Shown in pieces: positions 57,827 to 64,000 of a stretch of 64,000 bases of DNA; the stretch's first letter is position 1; every line of letters starts with the position of its first letter. The position numbers were made by a program, and so were the translations under genes. The notes under the pieces are model-generated. The model was not told the origin of the DNA, did no database searches, and saw nothing but the letters and a program-made list of their open reading frames with translations. Where the stretch lies: sequence record OP310983.1. One strand, given 5' to 3'.

Positions 57827-57906
57827 GCCTGGAAATGCACCCAATCTAATGAGAAGGTCTATGTTTTGATCTTCTCATTAGTACTCTTGTAGAAGGAGCC
57901 ATTATC

Positions 57907-58395
57907 ATGGCTGAATTTATTATAGGTAAAGATATATTCAATGTACCTGGTGATCTTTATCTAATCACTGTTAATGTTGTTGGCGTCATGGGCGCTGGTT
58001 TAGCTAAATCGTTTAAAGAAAAGTATCCTGAACTTTTTGAAAGATACAAACACGATTGCAAAAAGAGAATTATTACTATTGGTAATCCGGTTATTTACAA
58101 AGCATCCGATGGTAAACGTTTCATGATGTTTCCCACTAAGGATAACTGGCGAAACCCATCTCAAATTAGTTTCATTGAACGTGGACTAGAGTGGATGATG
58201 GAGAACGTATCGGATTCTGCGGAAAATGAAGAAGACTGTATTCATCCAGATTGGAAAATTATCATACCACCTCTAGGGTGTGCTAATGGTGGATTAGATT
58301 TCTCTGATGTTAGAACTATAATTGAAGACTGGTCTAATCACATGCCTAACCAGATTGTGGTTGTTTATCCACCGTGGATGGATTCATCGGTTTAA
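57907..58395 (+). CDS. DarG-like macrodomain ADP-ribosyl hydrolase (gp104-like)
   Basis: TVNVVGVMGAGLA, FPTKDNWR and IPPLGCANGGL motifs, closely matching DarG macrodomains from recall. Confidence 0.85.
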   Translation: MAEFIIGKDIFNVPGDLYLITVNVVGVMGAGLAKSFKEKYPELFERYKHDCKKRIITIGNPVIYKASDGKRFMMFPTKDNWRNPSQISFIERGLEWMMENVSDSAENEEDCIHPDWKIIIPPLGCANGGLDFSDVRTIIEDWSNHMPNQIVVVYPPWMDSSV

Positions 58396-58426
58396 CATTG
58401 GCCTTCCCTCAGGGGAAGGCTTTATG
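58396..58426. terminator. CAT-hairpin-TTATG element
   Basis: cattg-gccttccc-tca-ggggaaggc-tttatg. Confidence 0.6.
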
Positions 58427-58431
58427 TCGTA

Positions 58432-58468
58432 TATTTAAAGCATTTTAAACAGTATATTACATTTGTGA
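58432..58468 (+). promoter_or_regulatory. Early promoter (TATATTAC 58453-58460) heading the small-gene cluster
   Basis: Near-identical to 20706-20742. Confidence 0.75.
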
Positions 58469-58518
58469 CAATACTGTAAACATTATCATACAACTTAATG
58501 TAAATAGGTGGAGATAAA

Positions 58519-58965
58519 ATGGCAAAGACTAAAAAGCAGAAAGTGCAAGAGGCGATTACTCGTAAATTGATCAAGTTCTATAGTGATACATTTCCGGAGT
58601 TGATGAAAGCTATTGAAAACTGTGATAGCAGTGGCGAAGAGCATAGCCTCCACAATGTATTTGATAGTTATAAGAAAACCATCAAAATGGCAGAAGAAGC
58701 CAAGGTTGACCTTAGTCTTTATGGAGTAAATTTAATTGACAGGGATACATACACGAGTTTTTTGTGGTTTATCGAAGGTTGCTATGTATGGGACATGATT
58801 AAAAAACTTAACAAAGCAAAATATGACAATGTTCCTGAACGGGCCAGAATTACACAATGGGATGAATTGGATGACGCAAAGAAACTTCAATTCAATAAAA
58901 GTCGAGATTATATCATCGATCGACTGAAAGAAGTAACGACCTGCGAACGTTTCAGAAACTATTAA
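58519..58965 (+). CDS. Early hypothetical protein
   Basis: 148 aa; SD aggtggag. Confidence 0.78.
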   Translation: MAKTKKQKVQEAITRKLIKFYSDTFPELMKAIENCDSSGEEHSLHNVFDSYKKTIKMAEEAKVDLSLYGVNLIDRDTYTSFLWFIEGCYVWDMIKKLNKAKYDNVPERARITQWDELDDAKKLQFNKSRDYIIDRLKEVTTCERFRNY

Positions 58966-58999
58966 ATAGTTTTAATATTAGTAAATAGGTGTATTTATT

Positions 59000-59338
59000 A
59001 TGAAATTCAATACAATTGCAAAAGGTGTATCGTTTCTTCTGGCTACAGCATCTCTGGTAGGAACTGGATATGTGGTTTACAAGAAAGCTAAAGAGACTAA
59101 AACCAACTTTGACAAGCTCATGGGTTTCAGGGATCAGTTTAAAAGTATTTCAAAAGAGTATGGCGAATCAGATGAGTTCATGATGTTCGTCAATACTGCA
59201 ATGACTGAGACAACTGACAGTGCTGTTGCTGAGAGCAATATTGAAAAACATCGACTGGATGTAATTCGTGATAAGCTGTCGATCATTTATGGCGATGACT
59301 ATACGAATCAAGTATTCGATACAGTTCGTAAGATGTAA
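59000..59338 (+). CDS. Early protein with an N-terminal membrane anchor
   Basis: GVSFLLATASLVGTGYVVYKK. Confidence 0.75.
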   Translation: MKFNTIAKGVSFLLATASLVGTGYVVYKKAKETKTNFDKLMGFRDQFKSISKEYGESDEFMMFVNTAMTETTDSAVAESNIEKHRLDVIRDKLSIIYGDDYTNQVFDTVRKM

Positions 59339-59446
59339 AAATGGATAGGGCCTCAGTGAGGCCCCATTCAAATATAATTACAATAATAAAATTATATTTG
59401 AATGAGTTTGTTAAACCTTCAATTAATCGTAAAAAGGAAAATACAA

Positions 59447-59608
59447 ATGAATATTGATAAAGTTAAACTTCAAAAACTTATCGCGGATGTTCCTGAGGTA
59501 CCTAAACATAAGAAGATTAAAAACGTCATCACCAAATATGCGGAAATAGCACTAGGAGTATATGTTGGTATTGTAATAGCTAAACGTGTTCTAAATATCA
59601 AGTTTTAA
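59447..59608 (+). CDS. Small protein with a C-terminal hydrophobic helix
   Basis: SD aagga at ATG 59447; IALGVYVGIVIAK. Confidence 0.65.
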   Translation: MNIDKVKLQKLIADVPEVPKHKKIKNVITKYAEIALGVYVGIVIAKRVLNIKF

Positions 59609-59652
59609 ATAATCAAAATAAATCTACATTCATTAACTAATAGGATATTATC

Positions 59653-59970
59653 ATGCTTTCCATTATCGGTAATGTTGTAAAAACTGGTCTCATGCTGGCT
59701 GGCACCATCTATGTGTTCGAAGTCGGTGTGACTGTTTATAATGAGATTAAATTAGAAAAGAATATCCGTGAAAAAGTAAAGGACTATTCCGATTATATCA
59801 AATCTAATTCAGATAATACTACCGTGGAAGTAATGACGGACTTTATTGAAGTAGAGCTTATATACGTTATTAATGATGGATTGGATATGTTTAACACCAT
59901 CAGTGATAAACATCGAATTAAATCAAAAATCCGTAACTGGATTAAGGATGCAATTAACAATGAACTCTAA
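59653..59970 (+). CDS. Early protein with an N-terminal membrane anchor
   Basis: GLMLAGTIYVFEVGVTVY. Confidence 0.75.
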   Translation: MLSIIGNVVKTGLMLAGTIYVFEVGVTVYNEIKLEKNIREKVKDYSDYIKSNSDNTTVEVMTDFIEVELIYVINDGLDMFNTISDKHRIKSKIRNWIKDAINNEL

Positions 59971-60400
59971 GCTATCTCTTACATTAGGGATGGTAAGTGG
60001 AGCCGTACTCGGTAAGCTTGCTTGGGATTCTAGAGAAAAACTTTATGAATTCTATTATGGACGAATTATTATCCATAAACTGAAAGCTTATCAAAAGACC
60101 ATGGATGTCGATAAACTACCGTTCCATCCAGCAACAGCAATGGCCCATTATCTTAAGGCTAGCATTAATGCATCCAAGGAGACACTTGTGTCACTGGATC
60201 TTCTTGAGAGCATTAATGAAGTAGGGCTTAAATATATTGAGTCAGTGCGATGCCGTTATGATACTGCATGGCAAATGAGTCTGCACAGGAGGCTTGTCAA
60301 ACGGCAGAAAGAGATTGAAGAAGAGAATCGTCGTATCGAAGAAGAAGAACGACGTAATCGGAAACAACTTGATCTGTTCGATGATGTGTCAGATGTGTAA
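59960..60400 (+). CDS. Early protein, N-terminal anchor and charged C-terminal coiled coil
   Basis: Start moved to ATG 59960; MNSKLSLTLGMVSGAVLG. Confidence 0.72.
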   Translation: MNSKLSLTLGMVSGAVLGKLAWDSREKLYEFYYGRIIIHKLKAYQKTMDVDKLPFHPATAMAHYLKASINASKETLVSLDLLESINEVGLKYIESVRCRYDTAWQMSLHRRLVKRQKEIEEENRRIEEEERRNRKQLDLFDDVSDV

Positions 60401-60487
60401 CTGATAATGGGAGTCTTCGGACTCCCTTTTATTTTCTACATCGTATTATTTTTTAATCACTTCAATAAACGTAAATAGGTATACAAA

Positions 60488-60844
60488 ATGAATATTGATA
60501 AAGTATCACTCTGTCTTGGTATTTTTGTTGGTTCAGTTACAATGTGTGCAGTTGGTAAAATCTATCATAAAACTGTTATTGATGTAAAAATCAATAAGTT
60601 GCGTAATGCTGCTTCAGTGTCTAATGAAATTCTTACAATGCTTTCTAAGCGCGCCTCTGTCATTCGCGCTGAGGTTATGCCAACCGCAGAAGACTTTATC
60701 GATTGTGAAGGTAAAGTACACAACAAACTCACTGAAGAGTTACAGGACATCATCGCTGGTTTTAAAGTAGCGCCTGAACATGGGGCTAGTGTTAATACAC
60801 GTATTAATGATTGGTTCCTACAAACGTTCCCAACTGTTTACTAA
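60488..60844 (+). CDS. Early protein with an N-terminal membrane anchor
   Basis: MNIDKVSLCLGIFVGSVTMCAVG. Confidence 0.75.
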   Translation: MNIDKVSLCLGIFVGSVTMCAVGKIYHKTVIDVKINKLRNAASVSNEILTMLSKRASVIRAEVMPTAEDFIDCEGKVHNKLTEELQDIIAGFKVAPEHGASVNTRINDWFLQTFPTVY

Positions 60845-60854
60845 TAGGTGATAT

Positions 60855-61277
60855 ATGTCAAAAGTAGTATTTCCTAATGGTCTACTAATAGCGCTCATGC
60901 AAAACTTCGATCACACTCTCGAATGTTTTGATCATGATGTTAGTGTTTTTAAAAAGGCACTCAGTGACCTAGGTAATAAAATTAAAGGTGGTATTAAGTC
61001 ACTTGATAATGATTACCCTAATGCTAAAATTGCATTAGAACGCATTCTTGAAGAACTTTTTAAAAGAGGATTACATATCCCTGGGCCTTCTGGAAAAGCA
61101 TTTGTCATTGAAAAAGTTCACATTGTAGATAGCACAGGTGTGGCTAAGGCATACCGTGTCAGTTACAATGATGAAAAAGCTATGCCTGAATATGTATCAG
61201 CCGATAATGTATGGGATGCACTAATTTCATATCAAAAACGTAGTCGTAGTGCAAATCCATTCAAACCAACTGCGTGA
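60855..61277 (+). CDS. Hypothetical protein
   Basis: SD aggtg; 140 aa. Confidence 0.75.
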   Translation: MSKVVFPNGLLIALMQNFDHTLECFDHDVSVFKKALSDLGNKIKGGIKSLDNDYPNAKIALERILEELFKRGLHIPGPSGKAFVIEKVHIVDSTGVAKAYRVSYNDEKAMPEYVSADNVWDALISYQKRSRSANPFKPTA

Positions 61278-61348
61278 AAAGGATCTGATGGTTAAAGCCA
61301 TAATCCATTATCGTATTACATAATACCTGCAAAAGAAGGAATAAGTCA

Positions 61349-61600
61349 ATGAGCGAATCTAAAGAAGTTATCAACATGGTGGAATGTTTTATCAGTGAAT
61401 CTTACATGGAGCCAGGTGTTGACCACAATCGTCGGATTTTGATGCGTGAATACGGGATCAACCCTAACAGCGGTATACCACTTCGGGGGAACTGGGTTCT
61501 GCGTAACATGCTCACTGGGGAATTTATCGACAATGATAAATACCTCAACGATATTGTTGAACGTAATTCCATCCAATTCGAACGCAATACCTTCGTCTAG
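61349..61600 (+). CDS. Hypothetical protein, paralog of 62594..62869
   Basis: REYGINP....P.RG.WV.R...TG.FID motif. Confidence 0.75.
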   Translation: MSESKEVINMVECFISESYMEPGVDHNRRILMREYGINPNSGIPLRGNWVLRNMLTGEFIDNDKYLNDIVERNSIQFERNTFV

Positions 61601-61635
61601 CTATAATTAATCCAAATCTGAAAATAGGTCAAACC

Positions 61636-62019
61636 ATGAACGAACACATTCAAAAGAAAATCAACCAGGGTACTGGCAGACTGGCTATGTGCAACTTCGA
61701 CAAAATGAACTATGTTCAGGGTCGTGAGTACTATGCCATCTCAGATAGTGGTTTACTTGAACAAATCGTTGCTCTATGCGCAGTTCAGTGGCCTCAGGAA
61801 ATGGCCAACTACCTGCATGATGAAAGCGCTCTGTTCTGGGCTCTTTTCGACCGTGGTATCGTAGCTGATGGTAAACCTCGCGCCGACCGTAAAGACTTCA
61901 TCTACGAACGCCTTGGTTTCATCCACAAGAAGAAGTTCAAAAAATACGGCTTGTCTATTCTACAGCGTGCGCGCACCCGCTCGATGGCTAGTTTTGAGAA
62001 AGCTCAAGAGACTTGCTGA
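61636..62019 (+). CDS. Hypothetical protein
   Basis: 127 aa; SD aggt. Confidence 0.75.
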   Translation: MNEHIQKKINQGTGRLAMCNFDKMNYVQGREYYAISDSGLLEQIVALCAVQWPQEMANYLHDESALFWALFDRGIVADGKPRADRKDFIYERLGFIHKKKFKKYGLSILQRARTRSMASFEKAQETC

Positions 62020-62054
62020 GCTATGCTGCAACACCAATACGAGGATCGTTAATT

Positions 62055-62552
62055 ATGAACCGCATGATTCCTGCAAATGAGCGTGACAGTGAACTCAGTC
62101 TCTATGGCTATTTGACCTCTGTTGTAACTGGTGGGGTTGCTTGGGATTATAACCCTATCGTTCTGCTGGAGAAGATGTGTAATCGTGATGATGAGGCCAT
62201 CTGCATGGGTGAACCCAATTACGATCAATTACGTTTGATCGGTGCAAGGGGTATGTTCGAACAGATCTCTGAAAACATCCTGTCTCGCAATGAACAAATC
62301 ATGGATGGTGTTCGTGATTTCTTCAAAGATGGTCTCCAGTTGAAAACCAATGTAGATGACATGTTGGTGAGACTGAATTATCAAACTGTGCATAACGGGA
62401 CTGATATGGATGAGGTGATCATGGTAAACTTGTTCAAAAAAATTGATGGTGATTATGTGGTTGCTCATAAGTGCACATATGACCCTCAAGATTGGAAACA
62501 TGCGTTATATTACTTCACCAATGCCTCCATGATCAGTCAAAAACAAAAATAA
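62055..62552 (+). CDS. Hypothetical protein
   Basis: SD gagga before ATG 62055. Confidence 0.72.
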   Translation: MNRMIPANERDSELSLYGYLTSVVTGGVAWDYNPIVLLEKMCNRDDEAICMGEPNYDQLRLIGARGMFEQISENILSRNEQIMDGVRDFFKDGLQLKTNVDDMLVRLNYQTVHNGTDMDEVIMVNLFKKIDGDYVVAHKCTYDPQDWKHALYYFTNASMISQKQK

Positions 62553-62593
62553 ATATCATGCATATCCCTTCAGGTAATTTTAGAGAGGTTATT

Positions 62594-62869
62594 ATGAGCA
62601 ATAAAGATGTATCAATGATCCCAGTTTATGAAAATCACTTTGTCACTACTGGTGCTACTCCACGACATGAAGCAATTGTGGTATGTCGTGAATATGGTAT
62701 TAATCCATTAGATGATGCACCATTTCGGGGTTCATGGGTGATGCGCTACCGAGAGACTGGCAAATTCATTGATTGTTCCAGGGATATTGATGATTTAGCT
62801 AAGAAATATAATCTGACCATTCATAAACCAACCATTGAATTATACACCAGCACGTATATTGGTCAATAG
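62594..62869 (+). CDS. Hypothetical protein, paralog of 61349..61600
   Basis: SD gaggt at ATG 62594; shared REYGINP motif. Confidence 0.75.
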   Translation: MSNKDVSMIPVYENHFVTTGATPRHEAIVVCREYGINPLDDAPFRGSWVMRYRETGKFIDCSRDIDDLAKKYNLTIHKPTIELYTSTYIGQ

Positions 62870-62915
62870 AAAAAAAACCACCCTTATATAGGGTGGTTTA
62901 TAAAAGAGGTGAAAT

Positions 62916-63179
62916 ATGCATAAACTTAATCCTGGTTGTTATCCATTAACTATAAATCCTAATGGTAAGTTTCTGAATAAAGACGATTTACGGAATCTTC
63001 CCAATGGGATTTATGTAACTTCTCCGTTACATGGTCCTAGGGTATATAGCCATGATCGACGCGTTATGGTTGATGGTGATTATTGTTATCTAATCACTGC
63101 ACCGAACATAAAATTCAAGGTAAGTGATTTCTTTAAATATAATGTAGTTTATTATCCGAGCATTTACCTCAAGAGGTAA
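62916..63179 (+). CDS. Hypothetical protein, paralog of 63535..63762
   Basis: NLPNGIYVTSPLHGP...DRR. Confidence 0.72.
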   Translation: MHKLNPGCYPLTINPNGKFLNKDDLRNLPNGIYVTSPLHGPRVYSHDRRVMVDGDYCYLITAPNIKFKVSDFFKYNVVYYPSIYLKR

Positions 63180-63186
63180 TAAATAA

Positions 63187-63471
63187 ATGGCAAACGAATG
63201 CACTCCCGGTGTCTGGGATACACTAGTTGACTCGACAAAAGAAACTGAAAACCTACGTATCCGTTCCCAACTCATGCGGGCTCTCACCCGTACTATAAAG
63301 GGCTGGGATCTTCCGCAAAAAGACGCTGCTGCTCGCCTACATGTTACGCAACCGAGATTGAATGATCTTCTCAAAGGCAAGATTGACAAGTTCTCTCTGG
63401 ACGCCCTGGTAAACCTACTGGACGCGGCTGATCTGACTCTTGAGATATCAGTGATCCCACGTGCAGTATAA
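63187..63471 (+). CDS. XRE-family HTH protein (HigA-like antitoxin/regulator)
   Basis: QKDAAARLHVTQPRLNDLLKGKIDKFSLDAL helix-turn-helix; about 49% GC over three counted lines versus about 30% in a neighbouring line. Confidence 0.85.
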   Translation: MANECTPGVWDTLVDSTKETENLRIRSQLMRALTRTIKGWDLPQKDAAARLHVTQPRLNDLLKGKIDKFSLDALVNLLDAADLTLEISVIPRAV

Positions 63472-63534
63472 ACCATGGGGACGCAGCTTGATACGGCCAC
63501 CGGGTGGTTTCATGACAGCAAGGAAATAAAGAAA

Positions 63535-63762
63535 ATGACAACTGATAAAAAGTTTAGTATTAAAGAACTCGGATGGGAAAAAGCCACTAATCTACCCGAT
63601 GGTGAATACTACACTATTCCTAAACATGGACCACAAAACTGGCGGTATGATCGCAAGATTATCAAAACCAAGAACAGTGTAAAACTGGTAAATGAACCAG
63701 ATTATAGCTGGTCAGCCCCATTCTTTTTCGAGGCAAATAACTTGTTAATCGAAGAACCATGA
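63535..63762 (+). CDS. Hypothetical protein, paralog of 62916..63179
   Basis: NLPDGEYYTIPKHGP...DRK; start 63535 or 63475. Confidence 0.7.
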   Translation: MTTDKKFSIKELGWEKATNLPDGEYYTIPKHGPQNWRYDRKIIKTKNSVKLVNEPDYSWSAPFFFEANNLLIEEP

Positions 63763-63920
63763 CTATGAAACGATCACCAGGTTATTTTAAAAGAGTAGTA
63801 AAAGAACTAACTGAGCGAGAGAACATTATACATCAGAAAGTTCTTAAATACATCAATGATAATCCGAATATTTCTTATAAAGAAGCACGTCAGATAGTAA
63901 CTAAGGAGATTATAAAGTGA
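63759..63920 (+). CDS. 53-aa basic protein (not in ORF track)
   Basis: ATGA overlap with the upstream stop; MTMKRSPGYFKRVVKEL... Confidence 0.55.
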   Translation: MTMKRSPGYFKRVVKELTERENIIHQKVLKYINDNPNISYKEARQIVTKEIIK

Positions 63921-64000
63921 CTATTTCAATTCCTGCATCAGTTCGTGGTGAGTTTGGAATTTATTACAAAAATAATAAGAATCTTCGACTGGGTCAGGCA
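63917..64000 (+). CDS. Partial ORF running off the window
   Basis: SD aaggag, GTGA overlap, open to the window end. Confidence 0.55.
   Translation, partial: MTISIPASVRGEFGIYYKNNKNLRLGQA

Noticed and set aside
63090-63500. 136-aa minus-strand ORF
   Set aside because: Antisense shadow of the GC-rich HTH gene

Overview
About 64 kb of an AT-rich jumbo phage genome. Gene order and protein sequences match, from recall, the phiKZ gp55-gp104+ region (Phikzvirus-like Pseudomonas phage, nucleus-forming Chimalliviridae). No database search was run, so gp numbers are orthology calls from memory and synteny. The window runs through: (1) the nucleus/non-virion RNA polymerase block (beta' gp55-56.1, Imp3-like, SbcD nuclease, Imp6-like, gp68, PicA/Imp1, beta gp71-73, beta' gp74, SF2 helicase); (2) virion RNAP subunit gp80 and the exonuclease-containing half of a split family-B DNA polymerase; (3) a large head/inner-body and tail structural block; (4) a DarG-like macrodomain gene and a cluster of small early genes. 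Two compact group I introns without endonuclease genes split the catalytic motifs of both nvRNAP subunits (NA|DFDGD region and HGG|KGV). Best new leads: two candidate -1 programmed frameshifts that the ORF track misses. One (C CCA AAG) would fuse a start-less NADAR-like domain to the DNA polymerase subunit; with the DarG-like macrodomain this suggests an anti-DNA-ADP-ribosylation module. The other (U UUU UUU plus a stem) would join gp77 to gp76, as in tail-assembly-chaperone G/GT pairs. Also seen: a pseudoknotted RNA candidate at the window start, a CATA-hairpin-TATG intergenic element family, two subclasses of early promoter, several unannotated small membrane ORFs, and an orphan GC-rich XRE/HigA-like gene. 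No tRNA, rRNA or CRISPR array was seen.
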